DNA of 32,000 nt, taken from contig JAWOFX010000001.1 in the NCBI GenBank assembly GCA_046497275.1, positions 1-32,000 of the forward strand. The letters are read 5' to 3'. This document shows, piece after piece, positions 10,118-19,208 of the stretch. A model generated the notes under the pieces. The model had not been told where the DNA came from and ran no database searches. It worked only from the letters and a program-made list of their open reading frames with translations. Position numbers and translations under genes: made by a program. The DNA comes from Promethearchaeia archaeon. GTDB taxonomy: Archaea; Asgardarchaeota; Lokiarchaeia; Sigyniarchaeales; SOKP01. How positions within the stretch are numbered: position 1 is the first letter of the stretch; every line of letters begins with the position of its first letter.

Positions 10118-10486
10118 TATTGTCTTCCTTTTAATTTAATAATAATATTTGATATTTTTAGTAATATTAAAAAACTATTTAATTTAAATTTTTAAGTTCT
10201 TGATTTGAGAACTCTTAAAAGTATCTAAGATTGATTTTAACAATTTTAATTGTTGATTATCTAATATATTATAGGATTAAGGCAGGATTATGAGTTTCAA
10301 TTTAAACTTGCATAGATTTGAAATCAAGATGTCCTAAAAACATGGGAGATTTTCAATACTTAAAAATTGGTTTGATTAGATAAAGGAAAATCTTAACTTT
10401 TAAAACAGTAAAATATTAAATTTTAAAATAATTCACTTATAAGAGAATATGCTTTTTATTAAAGAGTATGAAGTTGAAACTTAGCT

Positions 10487-11959
10487 ATGATTTTCCAAGG
10501 TTTATACAATATATTAGATCTATACTTAAATGAAAGTGGAATATTTTATCAAAATGTAGACCAATATATTAAAAAAAATATAGATGATATTCCATTCGAT
10601 ATGAAGGATATAGATGAATCTTTAGAATTTATTCTAGAAAATTTAAAAGATCAACTAATTGAATTGGGTTTTTCTAAGGTAGAAATAGAAAATAAATTCT
10701 CTGACCCATTTCTTACTTTCGAGGAAATAGAGAAAAATAAGATAAGATCTGCCTTTGATTTATATAAAGAGAAAATAGCTCCGATATTTTATGAAATTTT
10801 GTTGGAAAAAATTGTTGATTATCTTGTTAATTCTGAAGTTGCTCCACTTATGTTGAATCTAAAATCCCAGGGTTTATTACCTCTTGAATTTATAATGGAA
10901 CTTAGAAAATTAAAAACAAAATTGGAGAATAATCCTGAAAAGATGGAAAATCTAAAAAAATATGTTAATATTAAAAATAAGCTCATACAAAAATTTAGGC
11001 AGAATAAGTGTGAAATTGAAAGGTTAGAAGATATCAGAGACCCAGGAGATAAGCTTCAATTAGTTTATATGATTTATAGAATTATTAATTTTTTTCATTT
11101 AGAGAGATTATTTGATTTTTCGCATATAGAAATTTACTTAGAAAATAATATAGATGAATGGCTTACTTCAGTTCCATTAATTACTTTAAAAAACCCAGAT
11201 ATTTACTTCTGCGGTCTTTATTTAGCAACTAATTTGGGAGTTGAAATTGATAAAGAAGAAGTAAAACGCTTCTTATTAGAGTTATACAATGAGTTTATCG
11301 ATGAATTTGACGCACCAATTATAGAAGCGACTGATCAGATTTATTATTTTTACAAATCCATTAAAATGATTAATTTGGATCTTTACGAAGAAGAAATTGA
11401 AAATTTAATGAGAGCTGATTCTTCTTTTTTCGAAAAAGATTACTTAAGAAGTTTAGAAACTTCACAACTCGTAGTTATTTTAAAATTATATAAATTATTA
11501 AGATTTTATGAAAAAATTGACAATTTAAAGATTAAAGCGATTTTAGATGAGATAAATAAACGAATTACACCAGAGGGAATTCTTCAATATAGAGATGGCA
11601 TAATATCATCTGAGGCATCCTATTATGTATTATTTAATGCATATATGAGAGATGAATTAGAATACCTTAAGAATTTTAAAATTTTAAATAGTGTTGTTGA
11701 GAGAATTTATAGGAATCTAGAAATTATCGATTTTTGTAGGAATACTAATTTTGATTTAGTGAGTGAAATTTTTTATTCTTGTGAAAGCTTAAAACTCTTT
11801 AATTGTATTGAAACAAAAGAAATGATATTCCATTTAGCACGGTATCTTTTTCCTGAGGGGATTCTTGAGAATGGATTGTTTAAGAGGGGGATTGACAGAA
11901 AAGCAGCAAAGTTTCGTCATCTAAAAGTAAATAAGTTGACAGGGCAGACTATCTACTAA
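10487..11959 (+). CDS. Hypothetical all-alpha protein; C-terminal half weakly resembles alpha/alpha-toroid repeats
   Basis: 490-aa ORF with normal composition. Helical repeats ending in motifs such as SSEASYYVL, EATDQIYY and VSEIFYS. No catalytic motif recognised. Confidence 0.7.
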   Translation: MIFQGLYNILDLYLNESGIFYQNVDQYIKKNIDDIPFDMKDIDESLEFILENLKDQLIELGFSKVEIENKFSDPFLTFEEIEKNKIRSAFDLYKEKIAPIFYEILLEKIVDYLVNSEVAPLMLNLKSQGLLPLEFIMELRKLKTKLENNPEKMENLKKYVNIKNKLIQKFRQNKCEIERLEDIRDPGDKLQLVYMIYRIINFFHLERLFDFSHIEIYLENNIDEWLTSVPLITLKNPDIYFCGLYLATNLGVEIDKEEVKRFLLELYNEFIDEFDAPIIEATDQIYYFYKSIKMINLDLYEEEIENLMRADSSFFEKDYLRSLETSQLVVILKLYKLLRFYEKIDNLKIKAILDEINKRITPEGILQYRDGIISSEASYYVLFNAYMRDELEYLKNFKILNSVVERIYRNLEIIDFCRNTNFDLVSEIFYSCESLKLFNCIETKEMIFHLARYLFPEGILENGLFKRGIDRKAAKFRHLKVNKLTGQTIY

Positions 11960-12072
11960 ATCGTATTAGTTTTTCTTCTAAATTTTTCCCGGTTATTAAA
12001 TTCTATAAACAAAATCTTAATTTAATTAAAATAATTTTATAAATCACTTAAATTGAAAGAAGATGTGGTATA

Positions 12073-13563
12073 GTGAAGTTTGAAGATTTTGAACTAATTT
12101 ATAAAGAGAATCGGGCTGAGATCAAAAATAAAGAAGAGATTCTAAAAGATTTAAAAGAAAAGATTGGAAAGAAAAATGTTTCAACTAATGAAATAGATCG
12201 AATGGCATACACCAGAGATTCATCGCTTATTTCATTAAATTGGACCATAGAAGGAAAAATTGCGGGACTACCTGATATTATTACATGGCCAGAAAATTCG
12301 AATCAAATTAGTGAAATATTAAAAATAGCAAATAGAGAAAAAATTCCTGTAGTTCCTTTTGCTGAAGGTTCTGGGGTTGTTGGAGGAGCGATTCCCATTA
12401 GAGGTGGAATAATAATCGATATGAAAAGATTAAATAAAATTATTGAAATAAATGATAAAAATCTATCTGTAACTGTTCAAACGGGAATGAATGGTATGAA
12501 TTTAGAGAGATATTTAAACTCTAAGGGATATACGGGAGGACATATCCCCCAGTCATTATATACATCATCAGTAGGGGGGTGGATCGCTCATAAAGCAGCA
12601 GGACAATTCTCTACTAAATATGGTAAAATCGAGGATATTATTTTAGGCATGCAAGTTATTTTATCAACTGGAGAGATTATAAATTTTGATCCTATAGCGA
12701 GATCCGCAACGGGTCCTCAACTTGATAAATATTTTATTGGTAGTGAAGGTACTTTAGGAATCGTTACGCAGGCGACCCTTAAAATTTGGCCCTATCCAGA
12801 AAAGAGAACCCTTATTTCATATGTTTTTCCAAAAATAGAGGATGCTTTAGACGCAGTCCGTTTAACTTTACGAGAGAATGTTTATCCTGCTGTAGTGAGA
12901 ATTTATGACGCTGATGAAACAGCAAGACATTTTAAACATATAGAAAAAGCCACAGATAAAGTGATGACCGTTTTTGTTTGCGAAGGTAATAAAGAATTAG
13001 TTGATTTAGAAGAAAAAATTACACGGGAAAAATGTAACGAACGATCTGGTGTGGATTGTGGAGAAGAACCAGTAGAACATTGGTTTGAAACACGATTCAA
13101 AGTAACTGAAACTTCTATGTTTCCACCATATAAAATCGTTGCTGATACCATTGAAGTCTCAATAATGTGGGATAAAGCTTCTGAATTATATCATTCTGTA
13201 ATTGGATCCACAAGTAAGGTGGAAGGTAATTTATTAATTACTGCTCATGTCTCTCATTTTTATCCAAATGGAGCTGGTTTTTACTTTACTTTTGGAGGTG
13301 TTCCCGGTAAAGGAAAATCTGAATTTGATTTCTATAAAGAATGTTGGGATGCTACAATTAAAGCAGTTTTGGATTCTGGTGGTTCTATTGCACATCATCA
13401 TGGAATAGGAGTCAATCGTTCTCACTGGATGGAAAGGGAATGGGATAATGGGTATGAAGTAATGAAAGAGTTTAAGAAAGTTCTTGATCCAAATAACATT
13501 CTTAATCCAGGAAAAATATATGAAAAAACATGGAAAAAATCAACAGATGGAGGTGGTGATTAA
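12073..13563 (+). CDS. FAD-linked oxidoreductase, alkyldihydroxyacetonephosphate synthase (AGPS)-like, VAO/PCMH family
   Basis: GHIPQSLYTSSVGGWIA..AAGQFSTKYGKIEDI, GSEGTLGIVT, PAVVRIYD, HVSHFYPNGAGFYFTF, AHHHGIG, DPNNILNPGK. GTG start. Confidence 0.9.
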   Translation: MKFEDFELIYKENRAEIKNKEEILKDLKEKIGKKNVSTNEIDRMAYTRDSSLISLNWTIEGKIAGLPDIITWPENSNQISEILKIANREKIPVVPFAEGSGVVGGAIPIRGGIIIDMKRLNKIIEINDKNLSVTVQTGMNGMNLERYLNSKGYTGGHIPQSLYTSSVGGWIAHKAAGQFSTKYGKIEDIILGMQVILSTGEIINFDPIARSATGPQLDKYFIGSEGTLGIVTQATLKIWPYPEKRTLISYVFPKIEDALDAVRLTLRENVYPAVVRIYDADETARHFKHIEKATDKVMTVFVCEGNKELVDLEEKITREKCNERSGVDCGEEPVEHWFETRFKVTETSMFPPYKIVADTIEVSIMWDKASELYHSVIGSTSKVEGNLLITAHVSHFYPNGAGFYFTFGGVPGKGKSEFDFYKECWDATIKAVLDSGGSIAHHHGIGVNRSHWMEREWDNGYEVMKEFKKVLDPNNILNPGKIYEKTWKKSTDGGGD

Positions 13564-13565
13564 AA

Positions 13566-14921
13566 ATGGGGATATTTGATACTTTAAAAAAATATAAATG
13601 GATGCTTCCACTAATTCAAGACGCTGAAAGAAATGTGAGACGTAAGTTATTAAAAAATGTAAGAAAGAAAAAAGAAAATTTTTATCCCGAAGGCGAGTTT
13701 CATGCTGATATTAAGAATCTGATAAATTGCATGCTTTGCCCTAATATGTGTCGTTTTGATTGTGGAGTATTACAAGCTTCGGAAAATGAAGCACTATCTC
13801 CGGCTTATAAATCAAGAATAGGTTACTTTCTGACAACAAATAAAATAGATCCCTCTGATCCAAAAAATAAAGAATTTGTTGATTTGATGTACAAATGTTC
13901 AAATGAAGAAAATTGTAAAATATGGTGTCCATTTGAATTTTCCGTTGTATCTCTGCTTGAGACGGTAAGAGATGATCTTAATGATAAAGGATTAATGCCC
14001 GAATATTGTAAAAAACAAATCAAAAAACTCCAAGATACAGGCACTATTGAGGATTATAATATTTTTAAAACCTATAAGGAAAAAGGTATCGAAAATATTG
14101 AAACGGAAGGAGATGATGATGTTTTTTATTATATTGGGTGCCAAACTATGAAGTTTCCGGAAGTTGTAAAGGCGAACATAGAGTTTCTAAAGAAAGCAGG
14201 GATAAAATTCTCAACAAATTTAGATCAGAGAGTGTGCTGTGGGGCTCCAGCTCTTAACATTAGAGATTTTGAAACTAGTAAAAATCTTGCAGAAAATAAT
14301 CTTGACCTCATTAAAAAAAGCGGTGCAGAAATTGTTGTTTCTGACTGTCCCGGATGCGTGAATTCACTCAAAAATCGATATCAAAAATTTGGCATTGGAA
14401 TTGAAATTGAAAAACAAAAACAAGGAGAGAATGAAGAAGAAGCTGAGGAGAAAACTGAAAAAGTGATTAAAAGTTATTTTGAGGAGGGACCCAAGATAAT
14501 TCATATCGTAGAATATATAAAAATATTAGTTGAAGAGGGCAAGTTAACGTTTGAAGAACTTCCAGAGAAATATCAGAAAGTCACAATTCACGATCCTTGT
14601 CTTTTAGCGAGAAATTTAAATGATATCACGTCCATTAGAACAATTTTGGAACATATTCCTAACTTAGAAATTGTGGAACCAATTTATACTAAGGATTACA
14701 CACACTGCTGTGGATGGAGTGGTACGGTTCATTGGGCAGATAAAGAGATTTCTATAAAAGAAGCGGAGAATAGAATAGACGAGCTAAAAGAGACTGGTGC
14801 AAAAATTATAGTTACCGCTTGTCCAACTTGTGAACTCGGCTTGGCTTATGGCATTAAGGATGAGGATAAAAAAGAGATTGAAATAAAAGATCTATCCGAA
14901 TTGATTAGCAAAGCAATTTAA
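13566..14921 (+). CDS. Fe-S oxidoreductase with two CCG domains (GlpC/GlcF/HdrD-like)
   Basis: CMLCPNMCRFDC, degenerate CSNEENCKIWCP, YIGC, CCGAP, DCPGC, HDPC, CCGW, ACPTC. Lies 2 nt after the flavoprotein stop, with SD GGAGGTGG. Confidence 0.9.
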   Translation: MGIFDTLKKYKWMLPLIQDAERNVRRKLLKNVRKKKENFYPEGEFHADIKNLINCMLCPNMCRFDCGVLQASENEALSPAYKSRIGYFLTTNKIDPSDPKNKEFVDLMYKCSNEENCKIWCPFEFSVVSLLETVRDDLNDKGLMPEYCKKQIKKLQDTGTIEDYNIFKTYKEKGIENIETEGDDDVFYYIGCQTMKFPEVVKANIEFLKKAGIKFSTNLDQRVCCGAPALNIRDFETSKNLAENNLDLIKKSGAEIVVSDCPGCVNSLKNRYQKFGIGIEIEKQKQGENEEEAEEKTEKVIKSYFEEGPKIIHIVEYIKILVEEGKLTFEELPEKYQKVTIHDPCLLARNLNDITSIRTILEHIPNLEIVEPIYTKDYTHCCGWSGTVHWADKEISIKEAENRIDELKETGAKIIVTACPTCELGLAYGIKDEDKKEIEIKDLSELISKAI

Positions 14922-15104
14922 TTCTTAATTTTTTTATAATACTTCCTTTTTAATTTAATTTTATTAGAAAATAATCCAAATTAATTCAACTCTTTCCAAA
15001 TTGGTTAATTTTATAAATTCTTAAACCATTTTTTTGAATGATAAATTTTATTATAATATATAACTTCTTTCAAGTATTATACAATTCAATTAATTTAAGA
15101 ATGC

Positions 15105-16658
15105 TTGGCGAAAATGGAACAAAAAATATTAATATTAGATATTGGAACTACCAATATAAAAGCTCTCTTATTTAATAAAAAAGGAGAGATTGTTGGTGAA
15201 GCTCGTCGTCGTCCAGATTATATTATGAAAGAAAAAGGGCAAGTAGAGCAAGATCCCAATCAAATTTGGCAGTATAGTAAAGAAGCTATCGAAGAAGTCA
15301 TCGATAAGAATAATTTGAGCGCCTCAGATATAAAGTGTATGGGGATTACCACTCAAAGAGCATCTTTTTGTATATGGGACAGAAGAAATGGAAAATTATA
15401 TTCTAATATAATTACTTGGCAAGATAAAAGAGCTGCAAAATATGCTCAAGAAATGTCAAATAGTTTCTTTTTTAAATTCTTGAGAGGGTTTGCAAAAGTT
15501 GCACATATGTTGACTAAAAGTACAAAAATGCTTACAGCTTCAATGTTACAATTCAATTCAGATTACGCATCTATAAGAACTTCTTATTTTCTAAAAAATA
15601 ATCCCAAATTGAATGAATTAATTCAAGATCCAAAAACTACTATTAGTTGGGGTACAATTGATACGTGGGTACTATGGAATCTTACAGAAGGAAGAGTTTT
15701 TGCAACTGATTACTCCAACTGCTCCTCAACAGGTATGTTGGATCCTTTTACATTAGATTGGAATTCTATTGTTATCGATAAATTAAAAATACCTCTATAC
15801 ATTTTACCAGAAATAAAAGATACTAATGGTGATTTTGGAGAGACTAAACTCTTTGGCAGTGGCGAGATCCCTATTCGAAGTGTAGTGGCAGATCAACAAG
15901 CATCTCTATTCGGTCAATGTTGCTTTGATTATGGAGATATGAAAGTCACTAATGGGACGGGTTCGTTTGTAGATTTAAATACTGGAGATGAACCTTTCGC
16001 ATCTAAAAGGAAATTATATCCCTTAGTGGCATGGAGATTAAATGGAGAGGTTTCTTATATCTTGGAAGGGCTAAGTCATAACTCAGGAAACATAATAGAT
16101 TGGATAAAAGAGGAACTCGAGCTATATGATGATCCGAGCGAAACTGAAGAGATGGCAAAAAGCGTTGAATCAACTGAAGGAGTATTTTTCCTACCAACAT
16201 TCACTAGTGGACTTTCATTCCCCTACTGGGATCCTTCGGCAAGAGGGAACATTTTTGGAATAAGCTTAAAAACTAAGAAAGAACATATAATAAGAGCTGT
16301 TTTAAATGGTATTTGCTTTAGAATAAAAGATTTTGTTGAAGGTATTATTGCAGATACAGGTATATCAGTCGATAGAATAAAAGCTGATGGAGGTGTGTCC
16401 CAAAATACCTATGTTCTCCAATTCCTAGCAGATATACTTGATATGGAAGTAGAACATTCTCAGAATCCAGAGACAACAGCTCTTGGAGCTGCTTTTATCG
16501 CAGGATTAGCAACTAACTTCTGGAATTCTAGAGAAGAGTTAAGGGAAATCAGAAAAATCGATAAAATTTATGAACCACGAATGAGTAAGGAGAGAAGAGA
16601 AAAACTTTATAACAATTGGAAAGATATCATTCGGCGTTCCCTCAATTATAATTTCTAA
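15105..16658 (+). CDS. FGGY-family glycerol kinase-like protein, GK5-type
   Basis: LDIGTT, EQDP, GITTQRAS, WQD, GTIDTW, TDYSNCSSTG, ADQQASLFG, GTGSF, ADGG, ETTALGAAFIAG. Likely true start is ATG at 15114. Confidence 0.9.
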   Translation: MAKMEQKILILDIGTTNIKALLFNKKGEIVGEARRRPDYIMKEKGQVEQDPNQIWQYSKEAIEEVIDKNNLSASDIKCMGITTQRASFCIWDRRNGKLYSNIITWQDKRAAKYAQEMSNSFFFKFLRGFAKVAHMLTKSTKMLTASMLQFNSDYASIRTSYFLKNNPKLNELIQDPKTTISWGTIDTWVLWNLTEGRVFATDYSNCSSTGMLDPFTLDWNSIVIDKLKIPLYILPEIKDTNGDFGETKLFGSGEIPIRSVVADQQASLFGQCCFDYGDMKVTNGTGSFVDLNTGDEPFASKRKLYPLVAWRLNGEVSYILEGLSHNSGNIIDWIKEELELYDDPSETEEMAKSVESTEGVFFLPTFTSGLSFPYWDPSARGNIFGISLKTKKEHIIRAVLNGICFRIKDFVEGIIADTGISVDRIKADGGVSQNTYVLQFLADILDMEVEHSQNPETTALGAAFIAGLATNFWNSREELREIRKIDKIYEPRMSKERREKLYNNWKDIIRRSLNYNF

Positions 16659-16841
16659 AAATCACTTTTTCCTAATTTTTTTATTATTTAATAATAACAC
16701 TTCCAAAATTTTGGATTTTAATATTATTGAATGGTTAGTTTTTTATTGGTATTAAAAGGTTAATTAAAAAATCACAAAATATTTTTTAAATACCATATTT
16801 CAAGAATTATAAGATAATATACATGCTGCAATTCAAAAACG

Positions 16842-17669
16842 ATGCCTTACTTCAAAAATCAAGAGGGTTACAATCTATATTATGAAGAATTCAACCCTCA
16901 ATCGAAACGGTGTACAGTAATATTACTCCACGGATTTGCCTCATCTGTATCTTTCTTTAAAGAACAAATAAAAATATTAAAGGAATATTATCGTATCATT
17001 TGTTTTGATGCTTTAGGGCATGGGCGCAGCGATCATACCAAAGAGATTAATTTATCTGGCAATATACGACATCAAATTATTCGAGATCTTGAAGATTTAT
17101 TAGAATATCTGGGGATTAAAGGTCCTTATGGAATTATAGGACATTCATTGGTAGGGGGAATGATTGCTCAACTGATATGTCAAAAACATATGGATGATGT
17201 AAAGTTTCTTATTCTCCTCAATTCAGGTTACATTAACACAGATAATGTTATTCGAAATATTTTCTACAATCTCCTTCCTTATATGGTGAGAATGAATTTT
17301 TTAGATGTTGTAAATAATTCAATAGGAAACATTTTAGATAAAACAACACCTTATATAGTTCAAGCATTATCAAACTCCTTGTATAATGTGAAAATGTCTA
17401 AAGAAAAATTATTAATGCATATAGAAGATCAGATTTTTGGAATGATAAATGAGATTAAGGAATATGATCCCTCATATATCAAATGTCCGACCCTTATTAT
17501 CGGAGGTAGGTTAGATAATTTTGCACCAGAACAAATGTCAGAGAGTTTAGCGGAAAGAATTCCAAATTCGAGATTAGAAATAATTGATATGGCTGGGCAT
17601 TTTGGACCTGCCCAGAGAGAAGAAACTTATAATAAAATAATTTGCGATTTTATTCGATCCATTAAGTAA
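16842..17669 (+). CDS. Alpha/beta-fold hydrolase
   Basis: LLHGF oxyanion motif, FDALGHGRS, GHSLVGG (Ser), GRLD (Asp), AGH (His). Confidence 0.88.
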   Translation: MPYFKNQEGYNLYYEEFNPQSKRCTVILLHGFASSVSFFKEQIKILKEYYRIICFDALGHGRSDHTKEINLSGNIRHQIIRDLEDLLEYLGIKGPYGIIGHSLVGGMIAQLICQKHMDDVKFLILLNSGYINTDNVIRNIFYNLLPYMVRMNFLDVVNNSIGNILDKTTPYIVQALSNSLYNVKMSKEKLLMHIEDQIFGMINEIKEYDPSYIKCPTLIIGGRLDNFAPEQMSESLAERIPNSRLEIIDMAGHFGPAQREETYNKIICDFIRSIK

Positions 17670-17711
17670 GATCATAACTATTTATGGTTTAAATTATATT
17701 TATAGATCATT

Positions 17712-18083
17712 ATGACTTCAGAAACTCATAATGATTCAAATACAGAATTTTATTTTTTTAAGGATGAAGTTAAAAAATTTGTAGAAGAACGAGGATGGGC
17801 AAAGTATCATACTCCCAAAAATGTGATTCAAGCTATGGGGGTAGAATTGGCGGAATTATCGGAACTCTTTCTATTTAAGGATTTCAAAAAAAAAGAGATA
17901 ATAGAAAATCCAGAATTATTTGCTAATATTAAAGAAGAAGTAGCTGATATTTTCATTTATTTAGTAAGTTTTATTAATAGACTTGATTTTGATCTTACTT
18001 CAATATTTATAAAGAAAATGCTGAAAAATGAGAAAAAATATCCTATAAATGAGTTCAATGATGGAAAATATTACAAAAAATAA
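17712..18083 (+). CDS. MazG-like nucleotide pyrophosphohydrolase (DCTPP1-like)
   Basis: FVEERGWAKYHTPKN, ELAELSELF, EEVADIFIY, KNEKKYP. Confidence 0.9.
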   Translation: MTSETHNDSNTEFYFFKDEVKKFVEERGWAKYHTPKNVIQAMGVELAELSELFLFKDFKKKEIIENPELFANIKEEVADIFIYLVSFINRLDFDLTSIFIKKMLKNEKKYPINEFNDGKYYKK

Positions 18084-18179
18084 ATCGGAGAGGTTTCTTC
18101 TTAGAGAATAGTAAATAATCATTCATTTAATAGACTATTATTAAAAGATTTTTAATTAATAATACTATTATTTTAAATT

Positions 18180-19157
18180 ATGGTAGCGGATAATATTGAT
18201 GAAATTATCAAAAAACAATTTCATTACACTTTAAATGAGACACATTTTTCTGACTTGGGTGAATTATACAAAGGAAAAGTAAGAGATAACTATATTTTGG
18301 ATGATAAAAGAATTATTATTGCCTCTGATCGTCTTTCCGCATTCGATCGCGTAATTACCACCATCCCTTTCAAGGGACAGATGCTTAACCAAGTATCATC
18401 ATTTTGGTTTGAAAAAACGAATAATTTAGTTAAAAATCATCTTATAGAAGTTCCAGACCCGAATGTCTCAGTGGTCCACCAATGCGAAACAATTCCAGTT
18501 GAAATCATTGTTAGAGCTTATTTAACTGGCACTGCATGGCGAAATTATAAAAAGGGGAAAGCAACTTCTGGTTATATTCTTCCTGAAGGGTTAAGAAAAA
18601 ATCAAAAATTAGATACGATTCTTATAACTCCATCTACAAAAGAAGAATCTGGGCATGATATCTATTTACCAGCGCAAGAAATAATTGAAAGGGGAATGGT
18701 AGATAAAGAAATTTACGACCAGATGGAAGATGCCGCTATGAAGTTGTTTAAATTTGGTCAAGAATATTGTAGCAAAAATGGCTTAATCCTAGTTGATACA
18801 AAATATGAATTTGGAATTAAGGATGGAGAACTTATGGTAATTGATGAAATTCACACTCAAGATTCTTCACGATTTTGGATTAAAGATACATATGAAAAAA
18901 GATTTGAAAATGAAAAGGAACCTGAAATTTTAGATAAAGAAATTTTCCGAGGGTGGCTTATGGAAACTTACCCAGAAATATTTCCAAATATTGCACCCGA
19001 TCAAGAAATACCCCCTATATCTGACGATATAAAGATTGAACTAGCTAAAAGGTATATGAGGAGCTATGAAAGAATAACTGGTATGCAATTTACTCCCAAA
19101 ATTGGGGACGTGGAATCAAGAATCGAATCAAATCTCAAAAAAAATAAATATCTATAA
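18180..19157 (+). CDS. purC: SAICAR synthetase (long type)
   Basis: YKGKVRD, SDRLSAFD, KGQMLNQVSSFWF, TPSTK, LVDTKYEFG, DSSRFW, DKEIFR. Confidence 0.95.
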   Translation: MVADNIDEIIKKQFHYTLNETHFSDLGELYKGKVRDNYILDDKRIIIASDRLSAFDRVITTIPFKGQMLNQVSSFWFEKTNNLVKNHLIEVPDPNVSVVHQCETIPVEIIVRAYLTGTAWRNYKKGKATSGYILPEGLRKNQKLDTILITPSTKEESGHDIYLPAQEIIERGMVDKEIYDQMEDAAMKLFKFGQEYCSKNGLILVDTKYEFGIKDGELMVIDEIHTQDSSRFWIKDTYEKRFENEKEPEILDKEIFRGWLMETYPEIFPNIAPDQEIPPISDDIKIELAKRYMRSYERITGMQFTPKIGDVESRIESNLKKNKYL

Positions 19158-19208
19158 AGCCTTAAAAAACGAAAAATTATATTAGTCATTAAATTGTAAT
19201 TTTTAATA

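Noticed and set aside
10118-10486. Imperfect AT-rich inverted repeats in the 369-bp divergent glmM intergenic region
   Set aside because: Arms are short, bulged and nearly all A/T, so they cannot be told from background.
14922-16841. Two consecutive intergenic gaps of identical length (183 bp)
   Set aside because: The sequences are not alignable beyond one 14-mer (reported separately); equal length is likely coincidence.
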